NCBI GenBank assembly: GCA_043797085.1
Contig: JAZDQA010000004.1
Location: 32,001-96,000, forward strand
Direction of reading: 5' to 3'
From: Pseudomonadota bacterium
GTDB lineage: Bacteria > Campylobacterota > Campylobacteria > Campylobacterales > Sulfurimonadaceae
DNA length: 64,000 nt
Of this stretch, positions 38,230-48,968 are shown piece by piece. The notes under the pieces are model-generated. The model did no database searches. It saw nothing but the letters and a program-made list of their open reading frames with translations, and had not been told where the DNA came from. The position numbers were made by a program, and so were the translations under genes. Position 1 is the stretch's first letter. The number at the start of each line of letters is the position of its first letter.

Positions 38230-39050
38230 AGCAACATGTAACCTCGTCCCTATCCAAAGCTTTTGGAAAATTTGCATCTAAAAAGCATTCTCTAGCTGTT
38301 CAAAATTTAATTAATCGTACCTATGTATCTATGATGGGTTTAGATATGAGTGATTTTAAAGCTTCAGAATCATACGAGACACTTAATGCACTTTTTACAC
38401 GTCATTTAAATGAACCACGCCAATTTGATCAAGATCCAAAAATAATGATCAGTCCGTGTGATTCGTTTGTTACCGAAGCAGGGTCAATAGAGAAAACACG
38501 AGCGTTGCAAATCAAAGGGATGAGTTATGATATAAATGCATTTTTAGGTGAGCATATTTCTGAAGCTGATAAGTCCCGTCTTATTGATGGTGAATACATT
38601 AATTTTTATCTCTCCCCACGTGATTATCATCGTTATCATGTTCCTTTGGATATGGAAGTTACAAAAGCAATCCATATTCCTGGAAAACTTTATCCGGTTA
38701 ATATTCCGACACTTAAGCGTAAAGTTGATCTTTTTATTGAGAATGAAAGGGTTGTTTTAGAGTGTAAAAGTATTGATGGAAAGCTATTTTATTTGGTGTT
38801 GGTTGGAGCGTTGAATGTTGGAAAAATGGTAGTGTCTTTTGAACCTCGTATCAATACCAACAGTGATTCACTCGGTGGTGTTTATCAATATGACAATCTT
38901 CATCTCTCAAAAGGGGATGACTTTGGATGTTTTATGATGGGTTCAACGATTATATTGTTAGCCGAAAAAGGGATGATTACCCCCAATGTAAGGGTAGGAG
39001 AGAGCGTAAGATTTTCGCAAGAAATAGCTCGAATCAACGAGAAAAGATAG
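38226..39050 (+). CDS. psd: Phosphatidylserine decarboxylase proenzyme
   Basis: SPCD, YLSPRDYHRYHVP, MGST cleavage motif. Confidence 0.95.
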   Translation: MKQHVTSSLSKAFGKFASKKHSLAVQNLINRTYVSMMGLDMSDFKASESYETLNALFTRHLNEPRQFDQDPKIMISPCDSFVTEAGSIEKTRALQIKGMSYDINAFLGEHISEADKSRLIDGEYINFYLSPRDYHRYHVPLDMEVTKAIHIPGKLYPVNIPTLKRKVDLFIENERVVLECKSIDGKLFYLVLVGALNVGKMVVSFEPRINTNSDSLGGVYQYDNLHLSKGDDFGCFMMGSTIILLAEKGMITPNVRVGESVRFSQEIARINEKR

Positions 39051-39639
39051 TAAACTTTGTTTTGAGATGACCGTGATCCTCATAAATATCGATAGTACTA
39101 TCGATTGGAGGATGAAACTTAATAAGAGCCCCTTGCACAGAATGAAAAACATGGGCGAATTTTAAAAACATCGGAGAGATAATCGTATCGATATGCCCTC
39201 TTTTAATAATATCTGCCAAAATCTCAATACCGCTGTAGTAGATGCTCTTATTAATAGAACGTTGAATATTGTACGAACGCATCAACTCGATATTTTTCAA
39301 CAGTGTTTGGCACTCTTCAGTACATATTAATTTATTATGGTTTGCACGGTCAATTTCTTCGACAATCTTTTTTTCTGTGTTACTTATAGAATCTTCAATT
39401 TCTTGGGTTAAATTTGGATTGTATTTACGTATAAGTGCAAAAATACTATCAGCATCCAAGGGTCTGCTTCCTGTATCACACACATAGTTTTTGTCGTTAA
39501 CATATTCATGATCCAAAGCTCCTATAAGCTCTGCAACAATACTGATATAGACAAACTTATCTTCTTTGTTGTGATCGAAATCAATACCTGTTTGCGAGAT
39601 AAGTGGCTTAGGACCTGCATATTTAAACGAATATTCCAT
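39034..39639 (-). CDS. Hypothetical protein
   Basis: 201-aa ORF with an RBS, co-directional with ychF. Confidence 0.75.
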   Translation of the reverse strand: MEYSFKYAGPKPLISQTGIDFDHNKEDKFVYISIVAELIGALDHEYVNDKNYVCDTGSRPLDADSIFALIRKYNPNLTQEIEDSISNTEKKIVEEIDRANHNKLICTEECQTLLKNIELMRSYNIQRSINKSIYYSGIEILADIIKRGHIDTIISPMFLKFAHVFHSVQGALIKFHPPIDSTIDIYEDHGHLKTKFTIFSR

Positions 39640-39653
39640 GTTATTTCCCTAAA

Positions 39654-40754
39654 TTAAACGTTAAATCTAAAATGCATTATATCACCATCAGCAACGATAT
39701 ATTCTTTTCCTTCTAAACGCATTTTTCCTGCTTCTTTGGATTTATTCTCTCCGCCGCATGCCACATAGTCTTCATACGCGATGACTTCAGCGCGAATAAA
39801 TCCTTTTTCAAAATCATTATGGATAACAGCTGCGGCTTTTGGTGCGGTAGAATTTTTATGAATGGTCCATGAACGCACTTCTTTGACCCCAGCGGTAAAG
39901 TAGCTCATATAACCTAGTTTATCAAAACCTTTACGGATTATTTGCTCTAATCCTGATTCTTCTACACCCATTTCTCGTAAAAATTCGTCACGTTCATCAT
40001 CTTCAAGACCAATAAGCTCTTCTTCGATTTTTGCACACAATTTGATAACTTCACATCCTGTTTTGGTAGCATGCGCTTTAAGTGCAAGGACAAAAGCATT
40101 ATCTTCAGCAAGTCCGTCTTCATCAACGTTTGCACCGTACATGATCTCTTTTGCACTTAAAAGACGCACTTCGCGGTTAAGCTGCTCAAACATCTCGGTA
40201 TCGGCTTTTGGAAAATTACGAGCAAGATTTCCATCACCTAGAAACTCCAGAAGCTCTTCGGCAAAAACAAGTAATGCAGCGGCATCTTTTTCATTTTTAG
40301 CTTGTTTTTTGAGACGTTCGATACGGTTGCTAAGAACTTCAAGATCGGCGAAAATAAGCTCATTTTCGATAATCTCAACATCTTGAAGAGGATCAATACG
40401 CCCTTCAGTATGGACAATGTTTTCATCCTCAAAACAACGGACGATTTGTAAAATAACTTCGGTTTCACGGATATTGGAGAGAAATTTATTTCCTAATCCC
40501 TCACCTTTGCTCGCACCCTTTACAAGACCTGCGATGTCAACAAAATCAAGAGTCGAATATTGAACACGCTCAGGTTTGACGATTTTCACCAATGCATCGA
40601 TACGGCTATCAGGAACCGGCACGGTTGCTTTGTTTGGTTCGATAGTACAAAATGGATAGTTAGCAGCTTCTGCGTTTTGTGCTTTGGTGAGCGCGTTAAA
40701 AGTAGTTGATTTTCCGACGTTTGGTAGTCCTACGAGTCCGATTGATAATCCCAT
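39654..40754 (-). CDS. ychF: Ribosome-binding ATPase YchF
   Basis: GLPNVGKST, NYPFCTIEPN, DIAGLVKGAS. Start at 40754 overlaps the pepA stop. Confidence 0.97.
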   Translation of the reverse strand: MGLSIGLVGLPNVGKSTTFNALTKAQNAEAANYPFCTIEPNKATVPVPDSRIDALVKIVKPERVQYSTLDFVDIAGLVKGASKGEGLGNKFLSNIRETEVILQIVRCFEDENIVHTEGRIDPLQDVEIIENELIFADLEVLSNRIERLKKQAKNEKDAAALLVFAEELLEFLGDGNLARNFPKADTEMFEQLNREVRLLSAKEIMYGANVDEDGLAEDNAFVLALKAHATKTGCEVIKLCAKIEEELIGLEDDERDEFLREMGVEESGLEQIIRKGFDKLGYMSYFTAGVKEVRSWTIHKNSTAPKAAAVIHNDFEKGFIRAEVIAYEDYVACGGENKSKEAGKMRLEGKEYIVADGDIMHFRFNV

Positions 40755-42181
40755 TATTCTAATCCTTGTTGTAATTTTAGTAGCCATTCAAGTGTCATAC
40801 GTACGCCTGCACCTGTACCACCGTAAGTATGAACATCCCATGCGCTTTCGGTATAGGCGGAGCCTGCGATATCGAAATGTACCCATTTGTCTTTCATGTT
40901 ATCATCGATGAAGTTATCGAGGAACAATGCCGCCGTGATCGCTCCGCCGTAAGGTTTAGACGAGACGTTGCAGACATCGGCAAGGTCGCTTTTGATCAGT
41001 TTTTTGAGGTGGCGGTTAAAGGGTAATATACCGCAGTATTCGCCGCTCGCTTCTGCTGCATTCATCCACTCTTGTTTGAGTGCTTCGTTATGTCCCATAA
41101 CTCCGGTGGTGTACGGTCCAAGAGCAACCATACACGCACCTGTCAGTGTCGCATAGTCGAAGATATAATCAGCTTTGACATTGGCTTGGGCATATCCCAG
41201 TACATCGGCGAGAACTAAACGACCTTCGGCATCAGTGTTGCGTACTTCGATGGTTTTACCATTTTTGGCACGGAGGACATCATCAGGTTTGTAAGCATTG
41301 CCGCCGATCATGTTCTCAACGGCTCCGATCAATGCGTGTACTTCGATATCGAGCTTGAGCTCGCTCACCGCTTTGATAATCCCCATGACGGCACATCCGC
41401 CTGCTTTGTCCATTTTCATCGTTACCATCGAGGCAGCGGCTTTGAGACTGAGCCCGCCGCTGTCGTAGGTGAGCCCTTTGCCCACGAGGGTGATGATCTT
41501 TTTGGGGTTTGCAGGTTTGTAAGCGAGGTGAATCAGACGGGGAGGGTTAATCGATGCACGACCAACTGCGAGCATCGCGTTCATCCCCTCACTCTCTAAA
41601 CCATTTACATCGAGAATTGTACATTCAAGGTTATTGGTTGAAGCGAGTGTATCGGCAGTAACTGCCATCGCCTGAGGAGTCATGTCGTATGGAGTTAGAT
41701 TGACCAAATCACGGACGAAATTGGTTGCTTTGGCAATGGTGACGCTTTGGTTGAACATTGACTCTAACACACCAAAATCAGCACCGGAATCATTAGCAAA
41801 CATAATCTCTTCCAGCGTAATTTTTTTAGGCTCTGATTTGTAGGATTCAAATTTATATCCCCCTAACAGTGCCCCTTCGACCAAAGCATTTAAGCTCTCT
41901 TTTGTAATAGCAACTTTGAGTGAGCTATAGGCATAGTTTATAGCTGATTTAAGTGCCGAAGCCATACTCAGACGGTAGGTTTCGCTGCTCTCTTCGGTTA
42001 TAGCACAGATGAGGAGACGATGTTCATGCAGAGTACATATCTGTTCTGCTTCGGCTTTAAATCCTGCCTGTGTCAAAAGAGCTTTGAGAGGGTGTGCTTC
42101 AAATTGTGCTGGTGTGACAAATTCTAATGTCAAATCTGCATTGAGTGAGGATAATGATTGATTATAAAGGGCGACGTTCAC
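40754..42181 (-). CDS. pepA: Leucyl aminopeptidase (M17)
   Basis: VGKGLTYDSGG, MKMDKAG, NTDAEGRL. Confidence 0.96.
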   Translation of the reverse strand: MNVALYNQSLSSLNADLTLEFVTPAQFEAHPLKALLTQAGFKAEAEQICTLHEHRLLICAITEESSETYRLSMASALKSAINYAYSSLKVAITKESLNALVEGALLGGYKFESYKSEPKKITLEEIMFANDSGADFGVLESMFNQSVTIAKATNFVRDLVNLTPYDMTPQAMAVTADTLASTNNLECTILDVNGLESEGMNAMLAVGRASINPPRLIHLAYKPANPKKIITLVGKGLTYDSGGLSLKAAASMVTMKMDKAGGCAVMGIIKAVSELKLDIEVHALIGAVENMIGGNAYKPDDVLRAKNGKTIEVRNTDAEGRLVLADVLGYAQANVKADYIFDYATLTGACMVALGPYTTGVMGHNEALKQEWMNAAEASGEYCGILPFNRHLKKLIKSDLADVCNVSSKPYGGAITAALFLDNFIDDNMKDKWVHFDIAGSAYTESAWDVHTYGGTGAGVRMTLEWLLKLQQGLE

Positions 42182-42755
42182 GGCGTTTCTCCAAAAGATT
42201 TTTTTCTATTCTATTAAACATAAAACTAATACTGCCAATAATGGCGATGACAAGCGGTATGGCAAAGTACCAGTGCGCCTTAATCCAAGCGAGGAGTTTG
42301 AGAAGCTCTTCTCCGAAATAATAAGCCGGTATGATGGTCAATGCTGCCCAAAAAATGGCGCTTACAAAGTTAATGATGGCAAAATCACGGGATGAATATT
42401 TAGTTAATCCTATTGCCATAGGTATTACTGTACGCATGCCATACATGTAGCGTTGAACAAAAATAAGCGGCCATCCGTATTTTTTGAGCAACAGATGAGC
42501 GATGGCAAATTTACGTCGTTGAGAACGAAGTTTATCATGGATGTATTTTTTATTAAACCGTCCAATATAAAAATATATCTGATCTCCGACAAACCCACCG
42601 AACGCTCCTACCATTAAAGCAATCGGAAGGAACATATCTCCTGTATGCGACATAATACCGGCCATTACAAGACCAAGTTCACCTTCTAAAATACTCCAAG
42701 CGAACAAGACAATATAACCGTATTCTTTTAACCATTCAATAAATAAGTGTTCCAA
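42162..42755 (-). CDS. DedA-family membrane protein
   Basis: LEGE, GDQIYFYIGR, QRYMYGMR. Confidence 0.9.
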   Translation of the reverse strand: MEHLFIEWLKEYGYIVLFAWSILEGELGLVMAGIMSHTGDMFLPIALMVGAFGGFVGDQIYFYIGRFNKKYIHDKLRSQRRKFAIAHLLLKKYGWPLIFVQRYMYGMRTVIPMAIGLTKYSSRDFAIINFVSAIFWAALTIIPAYYFGEELLKLLAWIKAHWYFAIPLVIAIIGSISFMFNRIEKNLLEKRRERRPL

Positions 42756-42764
42756 TTTAATCCC

Positions 42765-43967
42765 TTAATTATCGAAATTCAATAACTGTTTAGCCTGAAT
42801 CATATCTTTGTCGCCACGTCCTGATATATTGACAATGATAAGTTTATCTTTAATGTCGGGCATTTTTTTCAAATATGCGACAGCGTGAGCGGTTTCAAAA
42901 GCGGGGATAATTCCCTCTGCACGACTAAGCCATACGAAAGCGTCCAACGCTTCGGCGTCGGTAATGTTATCATAGCTAACGGTTCCATTATCTTTATGAA
43001 ACGCGTGTTCGGGTCCTATACCCGGATAATCCAGTCCTGCCGAGATCGAGTGGGCTTCGAGAATTTGACCATCTTCATCTTGGAGCAGATAGCTCATCTG
43101 ACCGTGCAATACTCCCGGACGACCTTTGAGCAATGAACATCCGTGTTTATCCGTATCGACTCCATGTCCACCCGCTTCGATTCCGATACAGCGAACACTA
43201 GAGTCTTCTAAAAAGTGTTGAAAGGTTCCAATCGCATTGCTTCCTCCGCCGATACACGCAATAACATAATCGGGAAGACGATTTTCTTTTTCTAAAATCT
43301 GCGCGCGTGCTTCGCAGCCGATGATGGCTTGAAAATCCCGCACCATCATAGGGTAGGGGTGAGGACCTGCAACGGTACCGATGATGTAAAATGTATCACG
43401 TGCGTGGGTTACCCAGTGACGAATAGCATCATTCATAGCATCTTTAAGGGTTTTAGATCCACTCTCTACGGCATGAACTTTTGCCCCCAATAGTTTCATC
43501 CGAAAGACATTGAGTTCTTGTCTGGCAACATCTTTAGCACCCATAAACACTTCACATTCCAGACCCAATAACGCGGCAATGGTAGCCGTTGCCACACCAT
43601 GCTGTCCCGCTCCTGTTTCGGCAATGACCTTTTTCTTTCCTAAACGTTTTGCCATAAGTCCCTGTGCGATGACATTATTGACTTTGTGCGCACCGGTATG
43701 ATTAAGATCCTCACGTTTGAGATAGATTTTAGCCCCCAATTCTTTAGAGAGATTCGCTGCATAATACAAGGGGCTTGGGCGACCGACATAATCGGTAAGA
43801 TAACCATCTACCTCTTTCCAAAAGGTTTCATCAAAACGAATTTCATTGTACGTTTGTTCAAGTTCCAAAAGAGCCGGCATAAGTGTTTCGGGGACATATC
43901 GTCCGCCAAAAATTCCAAAATGTCCATCAACGGGATCAAAAGGGGAGGGTTTAGGTATGTACATCAA
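42765..43967 (-). CDS. trpB: Tryptophan synthase beta chain
   Basis: [28 protein letters not shown]. Confidence 0.98.
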   Translation of the reverse strand: MMYIPKPSPFDPVDGHFGIFGGRYVPETLMPALLELEQTYNEIRFDETFWKEVDGYLTDYVGRPSPLYYAANLSKELGAKIYLKREDLNHTGAHKVNNVIAQGLMAKRLGKKKVIAETGAGQHGVATATIAALLGLECEVFMGAKDVARQELNVFRMKLLGAKVHAVESGSKTLKDAMNDAIRHWVTHARDTFYIIGTVAGPHPYPMMVRDFQAIIGCEARAQILEKENRLPDYVIACIGGGSNAIGTFQHFLEDSSVRCIGIEAGGHGVDTDKHGCSLLKGRPGVLHGQMSYLLQDEDGQILEAHSISAGLDYPGIGPEHAFHKDNGTVSYDNITDAEALDAFVWLSRAEGIIPAFETAHAVAYLKKMPDIKDKLIIVNISGRGDKDMIQAKQLLNFDN

Positions 43968-44512
43968 TCTACTCCAATTACAGTATAAACAGGGGTTAAG
44001 TTTTTAAGTTTAGATTGCCCGTCAAGAAAATCAAGACCCATGATAAAACATCCTTCTACGCATACAGCACCCACTTTGTTGATGAGATTTGCAGCCGCAT
44101 ACGCTGTACCGCCCGTTGCAATCAAATCATCAATCAGTAAAACTTTAGGACTTTCAATGGGTGAAAATGCGTCGATATGGATTTCAACTTCATCAAAACC
44201 GTATTCCAATGAGTATTTCTCTGAAACAGTGGTGTACGGGAGTTTCCCTTTTTTTCGAATAGGGATAAACCCAACGCCCAGCATTTGAGCCAAAGCAGCT
44301 CCAAAAATAAAACCGCGAGCATCAATACCCGCAACATGGGTTAATTCATAACTGCTGTATCGTGTATAAAGATGTCTCATAAGGAGAGAGTAGGCTTCTT
44401 TATTTGACAAGAGAGTAGTAATATCTTTGAAAATAATCCCCGGTTTTGGAAAATCCGGAATATCACGAATAGCATTATTTAAAATAAATTTTTCTTCTGT
44501 CGTCAGTATCAC
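43964..44512 (-). CDS. apt: Adenine phosphoribosyltransferase
   Basis: [31 protein letters not shown]. Confidence 0.96.
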   Translation of the reverse strand: MILTTEEKFILNNAIRDIPDFPKPGIIFKDITTLLSNKEAYSLLMRHLYTRYSSYELTHVAGIDARGFIFGAALAQMLGVGFIPIRKKGKLPYTTVSEKYSLEYGFDEVEIHIDAFSPIESPKVLLIDDLIATGGTAYAAANLINKVGAVCVEGCFIMGLDFLDGQSKLKNLTPVYTVIGVD

Positions 44513-44527
44513 ATAATTCCTTTGGCA

Positions 44528-44860
44528 TTAAATAAGTGCATCAATGCGCCCTTCGAGTTCTCGTATTTTATTTTGGAGGCGGTCCGTATCGATACGGTGT
44601 TTTGAGTTGCGTTGCTTGAGCATTTTGACTTCATTGCGCAAATTGTTGAGCTCTTCACTCAAAATATCGACGTTACCAAGCGCACGTTGTAACTGAATTT
44701 GGTACTTTCGAATCAAAATCTCTGCTTCTTTGAGGGTCAGTTTCATCATTTCACTGCTGCGTTGTTCTTTAACGGTGATGCTTCGAAAATAAAACATCTT
44801 GACTAAGAATACAAGGGCTCCCAGTGTAACAATCGTAAGAAGTGACCACTCTAAAAACAT
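44528..44860 (-). CDS. Hypothetical TM plus coiled-coil protein
   Basis: N-terminal TM and heptad-rich C-terminus, within an operon. Confidence 0.8.
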   Translation of the reverse strand: MFLEWSLLTIVTLGALVFLVKMFYFRSITVKEQRSSEMMKLTLKEAEILIRKYQIQLQRALGNVDILSEELNNLRNEVKMLKQRNSKHRIDTDRLQNKIRELEGRIDALI

Positions 44861-44863
44861 TGA

Positions 44864-45301
44864 TTATCCCTTAATCGCATCTATTTTGTCAATTCGACCA
44901 CAATGCCGACCACTCTCAAATTTTCCGGCAATCCATGCATCCAATATGGATTCAGCAACTCCAAGACCAACGATACGTTCACCAAAACATAGAACATTTG
45001 CATCATTATGACCACGAGCCACGGTTGCAGTATAAGCATCATGGCATAATGCCGCACGAATACCATGAAAACGATTAGCAGCCATAGACATACCAATACC
45101 TGAACCACAAATCAAAATCCCCTGAGCAGAACTGTCGGACAAAACGTTTTCACATACTTTTACCGCATAGTCAGGGTAATCAACTCTCTCTTTGTTAAAA
45201 GGTCCGAGGTCGATTACCTCATGTCCTTTGGAACGAAGATTTTCAACGGTAAAATCTTTCAGATCAATTCCTGCATGATCCGTTGCGACGTAAAATTTCA
45301 T
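44864..45301 (-). CDS. rpiB: Ribose-5-phosphate isomerase B
   Basis: DHAG, CGSGIGM, HNDANVL. Start moved to MKFYVATDH. Confidence 0.95.
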   Translation of the reverse strand: MKFYVATDHAGIDLKDFTVENLRSKGHEVIDLGPFNKERVDYPDYAVKVCENVLSDSSAQGILICGSGIGMSMAANRFHGIRAALCHDAYTATVARGHNDANVLCFGERIVGLGVAESILDAWIAGKFESGRHCGRIDKIDAIKG

Positions 45302-45309
45302 TTTTTTCC

Positions 45310-45975
45310 TTAATTCAGTAATAGTTGTAATAATGTTTGTGTAGGCCATACCAAAAGAGGTATTTTTAACGGCGTCATTAAAATGATTATGATAACAATC
45401 ATTCCATAAGGTTCGGCTTTAGCAAAGAATTCTGCCACTTTGTAAATCTTAAATTTCAATGCAAGATAACTCACAAAACGAGATCCGTCAAACCCTGGAA
45501 TTGGCAAGAGATTTAATACAGCAAGGACCACATTGATTTGTACTAATGACCATGCAAGCAAGATGAAAAAACTATCTTTTATCTCTGGGGTGTACATCGT
45601 AGTCAAGATAACGGAAAAAAGAGTTGCTATAAAAAGATTATACGCAATTCCTGCCAAACTCACTTGGATAGCTGCATTGTAACCACCGTTACGAATGACG
45701 GTTTGCATATTGACAGGAACCGGTTTTGCCCATCCGAATAAAAAGCCGGCAGAACCAAATAGCAGTACCGGTAAATAGTATGTCATAATAGGAACCAATA
45801 CAGAACCCACAGGATCAATATGAACAAGTGGATTAATATTGAGACGTCCAGCATTTTTCGCTGTATGATCTCCATATTTATACGCAACCCAACCGTGCAT
45901 GATCTCATGACCAATAATAGCGATTAAAAGTGCTAAAATCGAAGCGATAATAGGCAAGAAATCAGTAGAGTTCAT
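45310..45975 (-). CDS. Site-2 protease family (M50) metalloprotease
   Basis: HEIMH and NLLPIPGFDG. Confidence 0.92.
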   Translation of the reverse strand: MNSTDFLPIIASILALLIAIIGHEIMHGWVAYKYGDHTAKNAGRLNINPLVHIDPVGSVLVPIMTYYLPVLLFGSAGFLFGWAKPVPVNMQTVIRNGGYNAAIQVSLAGIAYNLFIATLFSVILTTMYTPEIKDSFFILLAWSLVQINVVLAVLNLLPIPGFDGSRFVSYLALKFKIYKVAEFFAKAEPYGMIVIIIILMTPLKIPLLVWPTQTLLQLLLN

Positions 45976-46780
45976 TATCGTTTGCGTCTTCAATGATTCG
46001 TTGATCTTGTGCTCGTTTTAAAATAGCACCTTGTTCTAAATCATGCGGTGTTTTACCGATACGATCCCATCGCACTTTATAATCATCGTCGATACTAAAA
46101 TAGACAAACCACGGCGTCCCCTCGATAAGCCCGTATGGGACTGCTCCCCAAAAACGGCTGTCATTGGAATGGTCACGGTTGTCTCCCATCATAAAGTATT
46201 CGCCATCAGGAACGACAATGGGCGCTGTGTTAAATATTTCTGCAGGATAGATACCGTTATCGATGATATGATCATCGTGATGAATTCCCTCATGCTCTAG
46301 GGTATAAGGATCTTTTACCCAGAGTTTTCCGTCTACATCTACCAATTCATAGTTAGCAAACATTTTTCGTGTGTATTCATTACCTTCATGCGGATGCAGA
46401 TAAAGAACTTTATCCACTAAAAACAGCTCATCGCCCGGCAACCCGACACATCGCTTGACGTAATGCATTTTCGTATCATTCGGATAGCGAAAAATAACAA
46501 TGTCACCACGCTGTGGAGTGTCACCATCTAAAATATGTCCATCCGTTCCGGGAATAAGGGGGATTTCGAGAAAAGGGATGTGAGGCGTAGAAATCCCATA
46601 GGCAAACTTTTTCGCAAACAGATGATCGCCGATTAGGAGTGAGTCTTTCATGGAGCCGCTAGGAATTTTAAATGCCTGCGCAATAAAAAAGATGATAAAC
46701 AGTACGATAATAATCGTCCCTGTCCATGAATTGGAAAACTTATAGGCACTGCGTAGGCCATTCATTGCTTTTGTCTTCAT
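45962..46780 (-). CDS. lepB: Signal peptidase I
   Basis: PSGSM, YVKRCVG, GDNRDHSNDSRFWG. Confidence 0.96.
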   Translation of the reverse strand: MKTKAMNGLRSAYKFSNSWTGTIIIVLFIIFFIAQAFKIPSGSMKDSLLIGDHLFAKKFAYGISTPHIPFLEIPLIPGTDGHILDGDTPQRGDIVIFRYPNDTKMHYVKRCVGLPGDELFLVDKVLYLHPHEGNEYTRKMFANYELVDVDGKLWVKDPYTLEHEGIHHDDHIIDNGIYPAEIFNTAPIVVPDGEYFMMGDNRDHSNDSRFWGAVPYGLIEGTPWFVYFSIDDDYKVRWDRIGKTPHDLEQGAILKRAQDQRIIEDANDNELY

Positions 46781-47635
46781 TTAAACTTCTTCTCCATGGT
46801 TTTTTGCTGCTTTTAGAGTATTTGAGAGGAGCATCGCGATAGTCATCGGTCCAACTCCGCCCGGCACTGGCGTGATATACGATGTTTTTGGGGCAACCGC
46901 GTCGAAATCAACATCTCCCACCAAGCGACCATCTTCTGCTCGGTTAATTCCGATGTCAACCACTACACATCCTTCGCTTACCATATCTTCACGTATAAGA
47001 TTGATTACACCGGCACCCACAAAAAGCATATCTGCTCTAAGAGTATGTGAGCGTAAATCTTTGGTATGGATATGGGTAATTGTCACGGTTGCATTGGCAT
47101 TAAGAAGTAGTGCCGCCATGGGTTTACCGACAATATTGGACGCACCGACGATTACGGCATTTTTCCCTTTAGGATCTATGTTGTATTCACTCAAAAGCTC
47201 CATGACTCCTAATGGTGTACAGGGGACAAAACCATCTAATCCTGTTGCCAAACGCCCTACATTAAAAGGGTGAAAACCGTCAACATCTTTAGATGGGGTA
47301 ACGACTTCAAGAATCTTGGTGGTATCAATATGGGCAGGTAGGGGAAGCTGGATTAAAATACCATCAATGTTTGGGTTTTGGTTCATCATTTCAATGGTTT
47401 TAATGATAGCTTCTTGGGAAATATCATCCGGCATTTCATGCGTAACGGAGTAAAATCCTGCACGATCACACGCTTTTTTCTTCATCCCTACATACGCTTG
47501 ACTTGCGGGATCATGACCGACGAGAATAACCGCTAAGCCCGGAACGCGTCCTGTTGTTTTTTTGAACTCTTTGGCTTCGAATGAAACCTTTTCTTCGATT
47601 TTTTTGGCGAGGGTTTTACCGTCAAGTAGTTGCAT
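46781..47635 (-). CDS. folD: Bifunctional methylenetetrahydrofolate dehydrogenase/cyclohydrolase
   Basis: KDVDGFHP, PCTPLG, TPVPGGVGPMT. Confidence 0.97.
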   Translation of the reverse strand: MQLLDGKTLAKKIEEKVSFEAKEFKKTTGRVPGLAVILVGHDPASQAYVGMKKKACDRAGFYSVTHEMPDDISQEAIIKTIEMMNQNPNIDGILIQLPLPAHIDTTKILEVVTPSKDVDGFHPFNVGRLATGLDGFVPCTPLGVMELLSEYNIDPKGKNAVIVGASNIVGKPMAALLLNANATVTITHIHTKDLRSHTLRADMLFVGAGVINLIREDMVSEGCVVVDIGINRAEDGRLVGDVDFDAVAPKTSYITPVPGGVGPMTIAMLLSNTLKAAKNHGEEV

Positions 47636-47704
47636 TTAATCACCGTAAATATAGTTTTTGGGTATGATACCGATAAATAACTAACAGTTGGTTAAAGGGG
47701 TGGT

Positions 47705-48067
47705 GTGAAAGTATTATTGGTGTTATTCATAGCCTTTCAAGTGTACGGTGCAACCTCATTTATCACCAAAGAAGAGTATGCGGCAGGTCTTTATCACAAT
47801 CCAAGAGGCATTGGCTGTCAAATGTGCCACGGTGAATCAGGTGAAGGTCGAAAAATTGCTTCTTATAAAGAAAAAGGTGAAGTAAAAGTATTTCAAGGAA
47901 ACCCGATTAACCGCATCTCATTTCCGGAATTTTACCGTCGTGTAAACAGTAAGATTGTGGGTATGCCTCGTTATTATCTCACCGATACTGAAATCCAAAT
48001 CCTCTATTATTATCTTCATCGCAAAGAATTTCGCCGTGCCGCTTCAAAACCCACTCCATCTAAATAA
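47705..48067 (+). CDS. Monoheme c-type cytochrome
   Basis: Signal peptide, CQMCH heme motif, MP axial Met. Confidence 0.85.
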   Translation: MKVLLVLFIAFQVYGATSFITKEEYAAGLYHNPRGIGCQMCHGESGEGRKIASYKEKGEVKVFQGNPINRISFPEFYRRVNSKIVGMPRYYLTDTEIQILYYYLHRKEFRRAASKPTPSK

Positions 48068-48968
48068 TCTCTTAGAAAATAGAGACTTAGAATCGTTAAA
48101 AAAGTTAGCTGTTCCGGTATACCGAAATCAAAATCAAACACTCACTTTTCGAAGCGCCATGATGGTTTCGACGCATAATCTAAAACATTTGCTTAAAATT
48201 CCCAACTTAACGGCTGAGTGTTTGATGATAAACCTCGAAGATGGGGTGAGCCCTGAATTAAAACCGTATGCATTGGTTTTATGCGCCTTGGCACTCGCTT
48301 CGAATCCTATAAGCGACAAAAAAATGGTCGTTAGAGTCAATCCATTGGATGAGGGGGGAGTAGAGGAGATTGTGTATCTCAATGCTTTTATGCCCGATGC
48401 CATACGAATCCCAAAAATTAGAAGTATTGAAGATGTCAAACGCGCTTTGGAACTTATCGATGAGGGGATTGAAATCCATCTCTCCATCGAGACAAAAGAG
48501 GCATGGCTGCATTTGAGGGAATTGGCGATTAGTCCGCGTATCAAAGCGTATTATCTCGGAGTCCTTGATCTTTTCGCAGACTTAGGGCTTTCTCAAAATT
48601 TATTTTCCCCTGAAAATCCAACAGCACAGTATCTTCTTTCCCATTTTTTAATTACCTCTCGTGCTTGCGGTGTCAAACCCGTCTCATTCGTCTATCAAGA
48701 GTATAAAAACAGTGACGGCTTGCGCCATTGGCTCGAATTGGAACAAAGAATGGGATTTGACGCTAAAGGGTGTATTTCTCCAGCTCAAGTGGAACTGATA
48801 CATGAATTTTTTGGTTGCAGTGAAGCGGAGTTTAAACGTGCCCAAGAGATCATTCGACTTTTCCAAGAGCATGCTGCTTTAGGGATAACTGGATTTGTTG
48901 ATGATAGATACGGGTTTATCGATGAGCCGATTTATAAAGGTGCTTTGGCGGTGATTAATAGCCGGTAA
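48036..48968 (+). CDS. CitE/HpcH aldolase-citrate lyase family protein
   Basis: NLEDGV, VVRVNP, RIPKI, SIET, GFDAKGCISPAQ, FIDEP. Start uncertain (GTG 48036 chosen). Confidence 0.82.
   Translation: MPLQNPLHLNNLLENRDLESLKKLAVPVYRNQNQTLTFRSAMMVSTHNLKHLLKIPNLTAECLMINLEDGVSPELKPYALVLCALALASNPISDKKMVVRVNPLDEGGVEEIVYLNAFMPDAIRIPKIRSIEDVKRALELIDEGIEIHLSIETKEAWLHLRELAISPRIKAYYLGVLDLFADLGLSQNLFSPENPTAQYLLSHFLITSRACGVKPVSFVYQEYKNSDGLRHWLELEQRMGFDAKGCISPAQVELIHEFFGCSEAEFKRAQEIIRLFQEHAALGITGFVDDRYGFIDEPIYKGALAVINSR

Noticed and set aside
48036..48968. CitE-like gene as the rTCA citrate-cleaving enzyme
   Set aside because: Campylobacterota use ATP-citrate lyase AclAB, stand-alone CitE homologs have varied substrates, and there is no supporting context here.
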